A DNA stretch of 64,000 nt from an uncultured virus (IMG/VR IMGVR_UViG_3300049982_000206) (IMGVR_UViG_3300049982_000206); one strand, 5' to 3'; counted from the stretch's first letter, positions 46,522 to 56,436 are shown. Translations and numbers: made by a program. Notes: generated from the sequence alone by a model not told the origin.

Positions 46522-46781
46522 TGGAAGGCGGGCAACCGGCCGAAGCGATCGAGCTACCGCCGATGCCGCTACCGCCCGAGCTACCACCAGACGACGATGC
46601 CTTCGATCCGGCCGCGATCGAGCGCGCGATTCGCGCCAAGATCCGCACTGAGGTAGAGGCGGCCCGTGAACGCTACGCGCCCGCCGTACCGGACTCGCAG
46701 TCGCCGTACCGTCGCGGCATCAACCTCGCGCTCCTCGTCATCGACGGCCAGCTCGATCAGCCACTCTGGAGACCGGAATGA
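46521..46781 (+). CDS. hypothetical protein
   Basis: TGATG coupling. Confidence 0.55.
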   Translation: MEGGQPAEAIELPPMPLPPELPPDDDAFDPAAIERAIRAKIRTEVEAARERYAPAVPDSQSPYRRGINLALLVIDGQLDQPLWRPE

Positions 46782-46923
46782 ACCGCGATTGGCTCGGCCG
46801 CCCACTCCTCCCGCCCGGCCGAGGCGGCTACCGCGCACTACCCGGTCCCCACCCACCCAGGCCTCTGCCACCGCCGCCGCCACGCCCCAGTAACGGCGGC
46901 GCGACCACCGCCAGATAGCGGGC

Positions 46924-46958
46924 TCGACGCGACACAACAGCGCTCGTGAAGACACGGT
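46924..46958 (+). promoter_or_regulatory. class II promoter, leaderless
   Basis: TCGACGCGAC-N19-CACGGT-N6-ATG 46965. Confidence 0.75.
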
Positions 46959-46964
46959 CCAGAC

Positions 46965-47240
46965 ATGGCAACCACTACCCACACCAGGACCCGGACGCAC
47001 ACCTTCGTCGAGTTCGCGGATCCTCATCTGATCTGCGAGGAGTGCCGCCAAGCAGTACATGGCTGGCACGACCCCGAGAAGTGCCGCTGCAAAGGCGATG
47101 CCTGGAACGAACCGTGCCGACACCGCGCGGGCGTCCAGTCGGTGTGCCCGTCCTGGTCGCCGGTCGACGGATGCCGTTGTGCTGCACAGCTTGGCTACGT
47201 GCCGCACGGGCCAGCGCCCGAACGCTCGACGCGACACTAA
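46965..47240 (+). CDS. small Cys/His-rich protein
   Basis: 'CEEC..N.PC.H..CPSWSPVDGC.C'. Confidence 0.65.
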   Translation: MATTTHTRTRTHTFVEFADPHLICEECRQAVHGWHDPEKCRCKGDAWNEPCRHRAGVQSVCPSWSPVDGCRCAAQLGYVPHGPAPERSTRH

Positions 47241-47260
47241 CTAGGTCACCGCCGCAGGGT
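47226..47260 (+). promoter_or_regulatory. class II promoter of lysis cassette
   Basis: TCGACGCGACACTAAC-N13-CAGGGT. Confidence 0.75.
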
Positions 47261-47295
47261 CTGTGTGTACGTGCCACCGACCCAGTGAGGGCGAT

Positions 47296-47535
47296 ATGAC
47301 CGAGCAGACCCCCGAATCGGTCGAGACGGAACCCGCCGTCGAGACCGAGAAGACCACCAACGATCTGGCCCAGCAAGAGGGCGAGGTCTGGGTGGACGAG
47401 GACCAGACCCCGGAGCCGCAGGACGACTTCGAGGGCGCCTTCGACCCGGACGAGGACGAGGTCGCCGCCGAGCCCATCGACGGCGCCGGCATCCCCGACG
47501 ACACGGACGACGACACCGCCGGAGGTGTCCAGTGA
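47296..47535 (+). CDS. highly acidic 79-aa protein coupled to endolysin
   Basis: GAGG RBS; D/E-rich; GTGA overlap with lysin. Confidence 0.65.
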   Translation: MTEQTPESVETEPAVETEKTTNDLAQQEGEVWVDEDQTPEPQDDFEGAFDPDEDEVAAEPIDGAGIPDDTDDDTAGGVQ

Positions 47536-48500
47536 CCGCCCCGGCCCACAAGGTCCCCACGCTCCCCGGCCCGTACAGCGTCGCCGAGGCGATCACCCGG
47601 TTCCTGGTCGTCGCCACGTCGCAGCTCAAGTACCACGAAGGCAAGAGCAGCAACGGATCCTGGAACAACGACACCACCTTCGGCGCCTGGTTCAAGCTGA
47701 ACTTCAACGCCTGGTGCCACATGTTCGTGTCCTGGTGCGCCTCCGTGGCCGGCTACCTGAGCATCATCCCCAAAACGGCGTACACCCCGTCAGGCTTCAA
47801 CTACTTCAAGGCCCAGGGGTGCGTCGGCGGCCGAGTGCCGCCCAACGTGAAAGGCCGGGCAGCGACCGGGCTCGGGAAGCCGAAGCGCGGCGACATCATG
47901 TACGTGTACTCGGCATCCATGGGCCGGATCCACCACGTCGGCATCGTCGAGAACGTCCTCCCCAGTGGCTACATCTCCACGATCGAGGGCAACACGAACC
48001 TGAGCGGCTCGGCCCAGGGCGATGGGGTCTATCGGCTGAAGCGGAAGATCACGAGCAGTCTGTTCTTCGCGACGCCGAACTACGCCGCCGTGGTGAAGGC
48101 CCGCCCCAAGCCGCCGACCCCGGCCAAGCCCACGAGCCCGCCCAAGGCCACTCCGACCAAGGACGGCTACCCGCTCACCGGCGGCAACCCGAAGACCGAC
48201 TCGGCCGGCAAGCAGCTGCTCAGCCTCGCCGAACTGGTCGCCGCGGCGGAGAACCCGCACACCCCCCAGTACGCCGGGTACGCCATGACCGCGGCGGCGG
48301 TCCGGTCGCTCATCGCCATGAAGATGCTGCCGGCCAAGACCACCCCGACCGGCCCGCACTTCAAGTACGGCTGGAAGAAGTGGCAGATCTCGCTCGGCTA
48401 CCGCGGGAAGGACGCCGATGGCATCCCGGGAACCGCATCGTTCTCCCGCTTCATCGAACGGACAGGCCGGTCGCGGAAGTCGCCCGGCTACAAGGCATAG
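47532..48500 (+). CDS. endolysin (CHAP peptidase + C-terminal peptidoglycan-binding region)
   Basis: WCHMFVSWC, HHVGIVE, TIEGNT; PT/K linker; 'WQ..LGY.G.DADGIPG'. Confidence 0.9.
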   Translation: MTAPAHKVPTLPGPYSVAEAITRFLVVATSQLKYHEGKSSNGSWNNDTTFGAWFKLNFNAWCHMFVSWCASVAGYLSIIPKTAYTPSGFNYFKAQGCVGGRVPPNVKGRAATGLGKPKRGDIMYVYSASMGRIHHVGIVENVLPSGYISTIEGNTNLSGSAQGDGVYRLKRKITSSLFFATPNYAAVVKARPKPPTPAKPTSPPKATPTKDGYPLTGGNPKTDSAGKQLLSLAELVAAAENPHTPQYAGYAMTAAAVRSLIAMKMLPAKTTPTGPHFKYGWKKWQISLGYRGKDADGIPGTASFSRFIERTGRSRKSPGYKA

Positions 48501-48519
48501 AGGAAGGCGCGCAGACCCA

Positions 48520-49428
48520 GTGAACAAGAGACATGTCCGCAGAGGGGCCACGGTCGCGATCGTGGTCGCCCTAGTGGTGTCTGCGTACCTGGGGGGTCGC
48601 CAGACCGACAATCTGCGCAGCGAGCGCGACAGTGCTGGCGCGGCCGCGCAGACGAACGCCGAGTCCACCGACAAGGTCGGTAACGGGATCCTGGCGGACG
48701 TCTGCAAGGCCGTGTCGGACAAGCAACTCAGGGCCATCAAGCGCGAACGCGAATGCTCACTAGCCGAGAAGGGCCAGATCGACAAGGTGGTGCCGATCGT
48801 GACCCCACAGGTCACCGTGCAGCGGGTGTCGCAGCAGGACATCGAGAAGGTCGTCGACGCGTACCTGGCCGACTACCTCACCGATCTGCCGGCCAAGTAC
48901 CGCGACGCCCTCCGCACTGAGGTGGTCGTCTACTTGACCGAGAACCCGCCGAAGCCAGGCAAAGACGGCAAGCCGGGTCCGGCGCCGACCCCTGCGGCGA
49001 TCGGTGCCGCGGTGGCGACCTACCTGACGCAGAACCCGCCGGTGCCCGGAAAAGACGGCGCCAACGGCGTCTCAGTGGCCAGTGCAGCCCTCGACGGCTG
49101 CGACGTCGTGTTCACCCTCTCCAACGACACCAGCGTCCGTGTAGGCCCCATCTGCGGGCCCAAGGGCGAGAAGGGTGACGGCGCCACCGCCGAGGAACTC
49201 CGGGCAGCGTTCGACGCGTACTGCTCCGATCAGCCCGGCGGCACGTGCAAGGGCACCGCTGCCTCCCCCGGCTACCCGACCGGATGGCGGCAAACTGACG
49301 GGTCCGTGTGTACCGACCCCGACGGCGATCACTTCTACACCTGCGAGCAGCCGCCCCCGCCGACCCCCGAGCCACCGAACACCCCCGACCCGACCCCCGA
49401 ATCGCCCTCTCCAAACAGCGGCAGATGA
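48520..49428 (+). CDS. membrane-anchored collagen-like/Pro-rich lysis-associated protein
   Basis: N-terminal TM, GKDG/GPKGEKG repeats, paired Cys; directly after lysin. Confidence 0.75.
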   Translation: MNKRHVRRGATVAIVVALVVSAYLGGRQTDNLRSERDSAGAAAQTNAESTDKVGNGILADVCKAVSDKQLRAIKRERECSLAEKGQIDKVVPIVTPQVTVQRVSQQDIEKVVDAYLADYLTDLPAKYRDALRTEVVVYLTENPPKPGKDGKPGPAPTPAAIGAAVATYLTQNPPVPGKDGANGVSVASAALDGCDVVFTLSNDTSVRVGPICGPKGEKGDGATAEELRAAFDAYCSDQPGGTCKGTAASPGYPTGWRQTDGSVCTDPDGDHFYTCEQPPPPTPEPPNTPDPTPESPSPNSGR

Positions 49429-49444
49429 CCCGAGCGCGCACACC

Positions 49445-49503
49445 CTGATTTCGATAGTTAGGGTGTGTACACTCGGCGGCAAGACCCCGGAGCAACGAGG
49501 TCT
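49445..49503 (+). promoter_or_regulatory. class I variant upstream of ssb
   Basis: CTGATT-17-TACACT with GTTAGGGTGTG; hairpin AGACC..CG-GAGCAA-CG..GGTCT. Confidence 0.6.
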
Positions 49504-49562
49504 CCTCCGCGCCCGGCGAACCTCCGGGCCGGAGCCACTAGGAGAAGCAAGGAGCACCGCCC

Positions 49563-50090
49563 ATGGCTGGTGAAACCAGCATCACCCTCGTCGGCAACCT
49601 GGTCGACGACCCTGAACTCCGGTTCACTCCCTCCGGCGCCGCGGTCGCGAACTTCCGCGTCGCCTCGACCCCGCGCACCTACGACCGGCAGTCCGGCGAG
49701 TGGAAGGACGGCGAAGCGCTGTTCCTGTCCTGCTCGGTGTGGCGCCAGGCGGCGGAGAACGTGGCCGAGTCCCTGCAGCGCGGAACCCGCGTGATCATCC
49801 AGGGCCGGCTGAAGTCGCGCTCGTACGAAGACCGTGAGGGCCAGAAGCGCACGGTCTTCGAGATCGACGTCGATGAGGTCGGTCCGAGCCTGCGCAGTGC
49901 CACCGCCAAGGTGACCAAGGCGACACGGCAAGGACCCTCCGGCAACAGCGGCGGGTTCGGTGGTGGCGGCAACGGTCCACAGGGAAGCACGCCTCAGAAC
50001 GACCCCTGGGCATCGCCGGGCGAGGGTCAGAGGCAGAACGACCCCTGGGCTCAGCCGGGGCCCGGGTCGATGGAGGAACCACCGTTCTGA
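49563..50090 (+). CDS. ssb: single-stranded DNA-binding protein
   Basis: [28 protein letters not shown]..., Gly-rich tail, EEPPF end. Confidence 0.97.
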   Translation: MAGETSITLVGNLVDDPELRFTPSGAAVANFRVASTPRTYDRQSGEWKDGEALFLSCSVWRQAAENVAESLQRGTRVIIQGRLKSRSYEDREGQKRTVFEIDVDEVGPSLRSATAKVTKATRQGPSGNSGGFGGGGNGPQGSTPQNDPWASPGEGQRQNDPWAQPGPGSMEEPPF

Positions 50091-50343
50091 CACTCCGACC
50101 AGTTACGGAGTAGACCGATACACCGTAACCTTTCTGGGATCTGATCGTTCCAATCGTTACGGGGAAACTGCATCAACGACCAACGGCCTCCACCAAAGCC
50201 CCCGGCGGCGGTCTTGAGTCTTCGACCGTAACGCCTGCGCGCGGAAGGACGCCCGTGTTCCCCTACCTCTTCGCCCAGTCGACCGGTATCGGCATGACCA
50301 ACCAGTGCCGGTCGACCACCGCCCGTGTCCCCATCACTCGCAG

Positions 50344-50700
50344 ATGGAGGCGGGAGGATTGACCAACCACGAATCCATCAAGCGACAGGCGGACGCCCTG
50401 TCCAAGTCGTTCATCGAACAGCTTGAGAAGGCCGCAGGAGACGACCAGTACAAGCTCCTCTCTGTCGTCGACGTCGCACTTCAAGCCAGCAAGGACCATC
50501 AGGACCGGCTCAAAGAGATCCGCCTCAAGACGGTCCAGCAGATGCGAGAAGACGGCGAACCGATGACCGCCATCGCGGAAGCCGCCAACGTCAACGACTC
50601 CTACCTAGCCCGCCTGATCATCGCCGCCGGTGGACGGCGACGCGTCGACCGGACCCGAAAACGTCGCCGCGGAGCCCGTACCGAGAACGCCGCGGTGTGA
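50344..50700 (+). CDS. small HTH protein (start may be TTG 50359)
   Basis: 'G.PMTAIAEAANV.DSYL.RL'. Confidence 0.65.
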   Translation: MEAGGLTNHESIKRQADALSKSFIEQLEKAAGDDQYKLLSVVDVALQASKDHQDRLKEIRLKTVQQMREDGEPMTAIAEAANVNDSYLARLIIAAGGRRRVDRTRKRRRGARTENAAV

Positions 50701-50764
50701 TCAGAACCTGAACTACGCGACACTTGTCCCCCAAGCCACCGAACCTGGCACCCCGGGGGACGAC

Positions 50765-51343
50765 ATGAGCACGATCCTGCGAGTTGATACACCGACGGAA
50801 CTCCGAGCCCTGGACGAACGGATGGCATCGCCATCCGCACACGGCCGGGTCGGAGTGTCCCTCGTCATGGCCGCTGCCGCCCCCATCGTGCTGATCATCT
50901 CCATCGCCGGTGGTAGTTGGATCGGCTCGGTTGTTGCCGTCGGCTGGTTCTTCCTGTGGACAGGTTGGATCTTCCGGATCCGGAGCAAGCTGAAGGCCGC
51001 GCGGCCCTACCGCGTCCAGGTGCGCGCCGGCATTGCTCAGATCCACGAGGCGCACGAGATCTACCGACGCCTCTCGATCGACTCGGCCCACTACGCACTC
51101 CCCCTGATCGAGACCATGTATCGCATCTCCGTCATCCCCGTCCAGGGTCCCGACGGAGAGCGCCGGCTCGAAGCGCTGATCGCAGAGCGGCTCCAGGCGC
51201 TGCGTGGGCTCCTGGCGGCCGAGGATGCAGTGACACTGTCGACCGCGCAGCCGTCCCTGAGCGACCGCGACGACCTGAATACCGTGAAGGCGTATCAAGA
51301 TGCGCTGAACGAGGTCCAGGCGAAGCTGACGTACGCCGTCTGA
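50765..51343 (+). CDS. two-TM membrane protein
   Basis: GGGGGA RBS; hydrophobic hairpin. Confidence 0.65.
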   Translation: MSTILRVDTPTELRALDERMASPSAHGRVGVSLVMAAAAPIVLIISIAGGSWIGSVVAVGWFFLWTGWIFRIRSKLKAARPYRVQVRAGIAQIHEAHEIYRRLSIDSAHYALPLIETMYRISVIPVQGPDGERRLEALIAERLQALRGLLAAEDAVTLSTAQPSLSDRDDLNTVKAYQDALNEVQAKLTYAV

Positions 51344-51358
51344 CACAGGCGCACTACG

Positions 51359-51389
51359 GCCCGGGCTCCCGCGAAGGGGTCCGGGCTTT
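51359..51389 (+). terminator. intrinsic terminator
   Basis: GCCCGGGCTCCC..GGGGTCCGGGC-TTT. Confidence 0.65.
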
Positions 51390-51397
51390 CGCGTGTC

Positions 51398-51525
51398 CGT
51401 ACACCCGCTGAATGAGTGGTCGACGCGACACTAACCACCCTCCGGATCAAGTCTGTGCAGCATGGCGCTCGCCAACCGCGCTAAGGGTGTGTACGCTCGG
51501 AGTGTGGGCGGAAGAGCAGCCGCCC
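51398..51525 (+). promoter_or_regulatory. composite site: inverted class I box, class II motif, full class I unit
   Basis: CGTACACCCGCTGA (51398); TCGACGCGACACTAAC (51420); TCGCCA-17-TACGCT; GGGCGG-AAGAGCAG-CCGCCC. Confidence 0.85.
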
Positions 51526-51543
51526 CGGACGAGGAGATCCAGC

Positions 51544-51846
51544 ATGATTGCTAGCCCTGCGTTTCTCGACGCTCTCGATGAAGCCATCAACAGCAGCCCC
51601 TGGTGGCTGCCCAACGCCCCCGTGTTCGTCGCCATGAACCGCCGCGAGTTGCTCGGCCAGTACGGGCGCCCCTGGAACGGGGCACCCACCGAACACCTCG
51701 GCCAGCCGGTTGCCGAGCTGATCCCCGCCACGCACACGGGCTTCACCTACGCGTGGACCCGGCGGCAGTGCAAGAAGATGCGGAGCCGCCTCCGCCAGCA
51801 GGCGGAGCTGATCGTCGACGTGCAGTCGAAGTCGCTGCTCCCGTAG
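51544..51846 (+). CDS. hypothetical protein
   Basis: AGGAG RBS. Confidence 0.7.
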   Translation: MIASPAFLDALDEAINSSPWWLPNAPVFVAMNRRELLGQYGRPWNGAPTEHLGQPVAELIPATHTGFTYAWTRRQCKKMRSRLRQQAELIVDVQSKSLLP

Positions 51847-51848
51847 CG

Positions 51849-52562
51849 ATGAGCGACGGCACACGGAACCCGTCGTACGCCGCTCTCCGGCGCCACGAGA
51901 AGCGCGTGCAGAGCATGTATGACGACCCGGACTGCACAGAGGACCTGTTGCTGCTCGGGCTCGCGCTCGCGCGGTACGTCGACTTCGAGCTGATGCCGAA
52001 CCGAGCCATGGCGAGGAAGCTGACGTACAGCGAACTGGGCCAGATGGTCTTCAAGGTGAAGCTGCCTCGACAGCTCCTATACCGGGTTGAGGGCGTCCTC
52101 CGCTCGGACGTACGGCGATACGCCATCCAAGACGCCCAGTACGCAGCAACCTGCCCGGCGCCGATGATCCGTCGCGAGGGCGCGTGCGGAAGCGCGGCTC
52201 GCCACCGCGCGTACCTCGTCGACATTGGCACCGGTGAGCGCAGCCCGCTCTACGCGTGCAATCGGCACAAGGACTGGGCCGAAGTGATGGTCAAGCGCAA
52301 CCGGGCCGCCATCGCGGTCACGCCGCCGCCGATCCCAGTCGCGAACTCTGGCGGTGTTCTCGCGCGCCACATCCCCGAAATCAACTGGGAGAAGGCCTAC
52401 CTCGCGGTCGACCCGAGATGGACCCCGCCACCCGAGGACGCGCCCTGGCGCAAGCCCCGGTTCGAGCTGGTCCTCGGCGACCTCGAACCCGATACCGACG
52501 AAACCGAACGTCCCACGCTGTCCGTCGTGCCCGGCGCCGGCGAACGCATCCGGATCGACTGA
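51849..52562 (+). CDS. hypothetical protein (C..C..CxxH)
   Basis: 'C.APMIRREG.CG..C.RH..N.GG.L.RH..W..Y..DP.W.P'. Confidence 0.7.
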   Translation: MSDGTRNPSYAALRRHEKRVQSMYDDPDCTEDLLLLGLALARYVDFELMPNRAMARKLTYSELGQMVFKVKLPRQLLYRVEGVLRSDVRRYAIQDAQYAATCPAPMIRREGACGSAARHRAYLVDIGTGERSPLYACNRHKDWAEVMVKRNRAAIAVTPPPIPVANSGGVLARHIPEINWEKAYLAVDPRWTPPPEDAPWRKPRFELVLGDLEPDTDETERPTLSVVPGAGERIRID

Positions 52563-52578
52563 CTTCCGAGGAGCACCC

Positions 52579-53193
52579 ATGGACCCCATTACGATCCCGG
52601 CCGACAGCGAACTCGTCGGCACGCAGTTCCCTGGCCAGATGCCCGACACCACATGGGTCGAGATCCTGGTCTGGTTCGAGCAGAACGGCGTCGACCTCGA
52701 TCGCTGCCCGGCGACCCGCGACGTCATCATCACCGACACCATCGACCGCTGGGAGATCCCCAACAGTCAGACCTTCGGCGCCGGAGAGCCGACGCGGGGC
52801 GACGGCGCCACACTGGCCGATGGCCAGGAGTGGTCCCACAATCACCCCGGACGCGAGCACACAGCTCGCCCGGTCCAGTTCGTGTCGACGCCGGTCAGGG
52901 TCCCCCTGCCGGGCCATCTCCGGGACGCGATCGCGCGGGCCGTCGCAGGCGAAGACCTGCCCGGCGGACTCCGAACCTCCGCCGAGTGGTCCGCGCAGTA
53001 CGCCATCGAGGTCGTCGACCGTACCGGTTGGATCGGCAACGAGTGGCACAACCCGATCACTGAGCAGGAGTTCGTCGAGCGCTGCTCCAAGTCGAAGCTG
53101 CGTGAGATCCCCCTGACGTTCGAGCAGGAGATGGCCGCAACGCTGGTGGGCCTTCTCGGCGGCGGTACGCATCCACGGCTCAGGGCGATCTGA
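52579..53193 (+). CDS. hypothetical protein
   Basis: GAGGAG RBS. Confidence 0.7.
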   Translation: MDPITIPADSELVGTQFPGQMPDTTWVEILVWFEQNGVDLDRCPATRDVIITDTIDRWEIPNSQTFGAGEPTRGDGATLADGQEWSHNHPGREHTARPVQFVSTPVRVPLPGHLRDAIARAVAGEDLPGGLRTSAEWSAQYAIEVVDRTGWIGNEWHNPITEQEFVERCSKSKLREIPLTFEQEMAATLVGLLGGGTHPRLRAI

Positions 53194-53378
53194 TGGCGAC
53201 CGTCCAGGCAGCCGTACGCCGTACCTGCTTCGCGAAGTGGGGCCCGCTGGATCCCTGGCACGTCTGGAAGGACCGAGTCCTTCACGGACACACCAGCCAC
53301 ACCTGCCGAGGCGGTCACTACTCGTACCAGCCCCACCGCTGCGCATGCGGCGTACACCCACCGGAGAACACGCAATGA
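53193..53378 (+). CDS. small Cys/His protein
   Basis: TGATG coupling. Confidence 0.55.
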   Translation: MATVQAAVRRTCFAKWGPLDPWHVWKDRVLHGHTSHTCRGGHYSYQPHRCACGVHPPENTQ

Positions 53379-53812
53379 TCGTCAGCCTCACAGCACCCTG
53401 CTTCGTCCTCGACCCCTCCCCCAATACCGACGACGGCGGAACCTGGCACCACGTGGACGTCGAAGCCGCAGCCAGGGCCCTGCATGAGCACCTCAGCGAG
53501 ATCCGCGCCGACAACGCCGCCGACCAGCTAGCACGCGCCATGCACATCGTCATCGTCCAGAACGCCGCGGCCTGCAAGACCCTGACCTGTGACGGCTGCG
53601 GCGACGAGTTCGAAGACGACGAGACCGCCTGGTCACACCTCATGACCGACGAGGATGAGCGGACCATGACGCGCATGGCGCTCGACTCCGGTTGGACTGG
53701 CGGTGAGGGCAACACCATCCACTGCACCCGCTGCCCCACGTTGATCGATCCCGCTCCCGGACCGTCGGAGTACGACGTACCGCTGTTCGGCATGGAAACG
53801 GTGGCCGGATGA
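53375..53812 (+). CDS. hypothetical zinc-binding protein
   Basis: CDGCG..GW..HCxxC. Confidence 0.65.
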   Translation: MIVSLTAPCFVLDPSPNTDDGGTWHHVDVEAAARALHEHLSEIRADNAADQLARAMHIVIVQNAAACKTLTCDGCGDEFEDDETAWSHLMTDEDERTMTRMALDSGWTGGEGNTIHCTRCPTLIDPAPGPSEYDVPLFGMETVAG

Positions 53813-54708
53813 AGTGGACTGAGGCGCTGGTTGTCGAGCGACTTCGTGAGGGGTACTTGCTGCCAGCCGGGTCGCAGGCAATGGATGAGTGGGCGATGCT
53901 CACCCATGTACCGCTTCGCGTGGACGACAACGAGCGCATCATCGACGCGTTCGCCGTACGGTGCTGGGCCAGCGGCAAGGGGTTCGAGCGGCACGCGTTC
54001 GAGGTGAAGGTCTCGCGCTCCGACTTCCGCAACGAGACACCGGAGAAGCGCGCGCCTGCTGAGGTGAGCGCGCACCGGTGCGCGTACGTCGTACCGGCCG
54101 GGCTGCTCAAGCCGGAAGAGATCCCGCCAGGCTGGGGACTCGTCGAGGTGTACGAGAACGCCGCAGACCGGCCGTGGCACAGCCGCGGCCAGCTCGGTTC
54201 GCGCGCCCGCTGGACGCTCCCGGCCGCCCGCCGGAAGCCGACTTGCGATCTCGACTACCTGGTGACCGCTGGCTTCCGGCGCGCGTCCCGAGCCGAGGCC
54301 GAGATCCGTCACGGCGACGTACCGGCCGCGGAGGTCGTTCGACTGCGCCAAGAGGTCGAGTCGCTGAGCGGTATGTTGAGCCGCGCCAAGACCGGCAAGC
54401 AGCGCGAGACCGCGCGCGCCAAACGGGCCGAGAGTGAACTTCTCGCGGCCTTCGGCGATCAGCAATTCTGCGCCGACTGCGACCAGCCGCTGCTGTGGAA
54501 GCGCGAGTCGGGCGGGAACAGCCGGTGGGCGCACGTCGACCCCGCACAGGAGAAGCCCTGTTCGCAGGCCCGAGCGGATGCCGACCGGCGCCGCAAAGAG
54601 GCCGCGACCGGCGCCAAGTACGGCTGGGGCATGGCTGGAGACCCCGAACCCAAGGCCACGCGGGAGCGCAGGCTCGCCGCCGAACAAGAGATGGAGAACG
54701 CGTCGTGA
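53809..54708 (+). CDS. MmcB-like PD-(D/E)XK nuclease with coiled coil and zinc ribbon
   Basis: IDAFAV, FEVKVSRSDF, YVVPAGL..E.P.GWGL. Confidence 0.75.
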   Translation: MKWTEALVVERLREGYLLPAGSQAMDEWAMLTHVPLRVDDNERIIDAFAVRCWASGKGFERHAFEVKVSRSDFRNETPEKRAPAEVSAHRCAYVVPAGLLKPEEIPPGWGLVEVYENAADRPWHSRGQLGSRARWTLPAARRKPTCDLDYLVTAGFRRASRAEAEIRHGDVPAAEVVRLRQEVESLSGMLSRAKTGKQRETARAKRAESELLAAFGDQQFCADCDQPLLWKRESGGNSRWAHVDPAQEKPCSQARADADRRRKEAATGAKYGWGMAGDPEPKATRERRLAAEQEMENAS

Positions 54709-55268
54709 ACCAGGATCTGGAGATCCCCCCGCGAATGAGCAGCCTGCCGAAGGACGAGAACGGGCGGCCCGTGCCCTGGTTCGCCGCGGAGGTCGACGGT
54801 AAGCCGGACATCCAGACCGTCAGGCCAGGCGGCATGCAGGAGGCACTCCAGTTCAAGCTGTGCTTCCTGTGCGGGAAGTCGCTCGGCCGGTACGCCGCGT
54901 TCATGCTCGGCCCGATGTCGCTGCTCAACCGCATCGCGGCCGAGCCGCCATGTCACCGCGACTGCGCGCAGTACGCCGCAATGGCAGGGCTCTCCCCTCG
55001 ACGCGCATCCGGCCTCGAACTCGTCTGGGTAACCCGCCGCTGGTACATGATCCGTGACGCCAACGGGCAGCCGCTGTTCGACGTCGGAAGCCCAGACCAG
55101 ACCTACTGGTACGCCGACGGCCGCGAGGCCGGCCGAGACGACATCCTCGAATCGCTCGACTCGGGAATGCCCCCGCTCCGGAAGACCGCCGCCGACAACG
55201 GCCCGCTCGCGGCGCTCGACCTTGAATCCCAGTACGGCTCCGCGTTGAACCTGGTGCCGGCCTCGTGA
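54705..55268 (+). CDS. conserved phage protein
   Basis: 'P.D..G.PVPWF..LC.LCG..L..GP..EPPCH..CA.YA'. Confidence 0.7.
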   Translation: MNQDLEIPPRMSSLPKDENGRPVPWFAAEVDGKPDIQTVRPGGMQEALQFKLCFLCGKSLGRYAAFMLGPMSLLNRIAAEPPCHRDCAQYAAMAGLSPRRASGLELVWVTRRWYMIRDANGQPLFDVGSPDQTYWYADGREAGRDDILESLDSGMPPLRKTAADNGPLAALDLESQYGSALNLVPAS

Positions 55269-55509
55269 TGAGACGTCGCCGCGACCGCGACAGGATGCTG
55301 AAGCGAGCCCAGCCAAAGTGGCCGCTCTTCTGGGCTGTGCCCGAGCACTGCGTGGACAAGCCTGACCTGCTCCACGCAGAGCTGCGAGACGTTCTGCGCT
55401 ATCGCCACCTGCCTCCTGGACACGAAGTCAACGCGACCGTGCTCCAAGACTTCGTCCCCTTCCAAGGCGGGCCGCGCTACGACCTAGTCCTGAGGCTCGA
55501 CCTCATCGC

Positions 55510-55544
55510 TCGACGCGACACTAACGTCGCACTCGCGGCACGGT
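55510..55544 (+). promoter_or_regulatory. class II promoter
   Basis: TCGACGCGACACTAAC-N13-CACGGT. Confidence 0.8.
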
Positions 55545-55614
55545 TGCCCCCAGCAACCCCCGTCTTGAGGCCCTCCCACGGAGGCCACCAAGACCGCCCG
55601 TGAAGGAGTTCGAG

Positions 55615-56388
55615 ATGCCTATCAACTGGGACCCGACAGGTCGCCGCGTCTACCTGTTCGAGCCTCATCAGGACGACGGGGCGCTGTTCATGGGGCAGAT
55701 GGCTGCGCATCACGTGTTGGCCGGACGTGAGGTGCGCGTGGTGCTCATGTCGAACGGCAACACCAGCGCTGCCCGGAACGAGATCAACGGCACTGTCGTG
55801 GACAACGGCTGGTGGGGCACCCCGGCCCACAACCCGGCCCGTGAGGGCTACGAACCGCTGGACCTCACCGACTTCGGTCTCGCCAGGACCCAGGAGTGGC
55901 GCCAGTCGTGGATCCAGCTCGGTGTCCCGCCGGAGCGTCAGCACTTCGGGGCAGGTATGGCCTCATCGGACCTGCTGCCGGCGAACATCACCACTGCCTA
56001 CGCCACGAGCGTCATGCAGTACTGGATGCAACAGGACCTCAACGAGGGCCTCCCTGCGCCGTCCATGAAAGCAATGTGGTGGGGCGATACCACCCTCGAC
56101 CACGCCAACTGCGGTACCGCGCTGCGCAACCTACGCCTCACCGATCCGCACTTCGTGGACGCCCAGTGGATGGTGCGGGCCGAACAGCACGGCGACACGG
56201 GCATGCAGTACGCCGTACCGTCGACGATGCTCGCCGAGGTGCGAGCAATGCAGTCCCGAGCCGCGTGGTGCTACTGCGCCTGGGCCCCCGAGTACGGCTC
56301 GTACGCGATCGGCCGGCACAGCGTTCCGGACCTGTTCGACAGCGGCCCGTTGGTGCACCTGCCGAACTGGATCGTTAAGACCCCATGA
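55615..56388 (+). CDS. PIG-L/LmbE-family deacetylase
   Basis: PHQDDG, VVLMSNG, R..E..LGV, DH motifs; AAGGAG RBS. Confidence 0.8.
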   Translation: MPINWDPTGRRVYLFEPHQDDGALFMGQMAAHHVLAGREVRVVLMSNGNTSAARNEINGTVVDNGWWGTPAHNPAREGYEPLDLTDFGLARTQEWRQSWIQLGVPPERQHFGAGMASSDLLPANITTAYATSVMQYWMQQDLNEGLPAPSMKAMWWGDTTLDHANCGTALRNLRLTDPHFVDAQWMVRAEQHGDTGMQYAVPSTMLAEVRAMQSRAAWCYCAWAPEYGSYAIGRHSVPDLFDSGPLVHLPNWIVKTP

Positions 56389-56401
56389 TGGACGACCTTC
56401 C

Positions 56402-56436
56402 TCGGCGCGACACTACGTTCGTGCTCGCGGCACGGT
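56402..56436 (+). promoter_or_regulatory. class II promoter
   Basis: TCGGCGCGACACTAC..CACGGT, 19-nt spacing. Confidence 0.75.

Noticed and set aside
5621..51519. GAAGAGC as an enriched SapI/BspQI site or cloning scar
   Set aside because: Loop variants (ACGAGC, ATGAGC, GTGAGC) break the site but keep the hairpin, so the match is coincidental.
52381..54687. Long antisense/alternative-frame ORFs (e.g. 768 aa minus; also 2392-4056, 2001-3308, 6725-8134, 47790-48842)
   Set aside because: Shadow ORFs of high-GC DNA overlapping well-supported coupled genes; no motifs or RBS.
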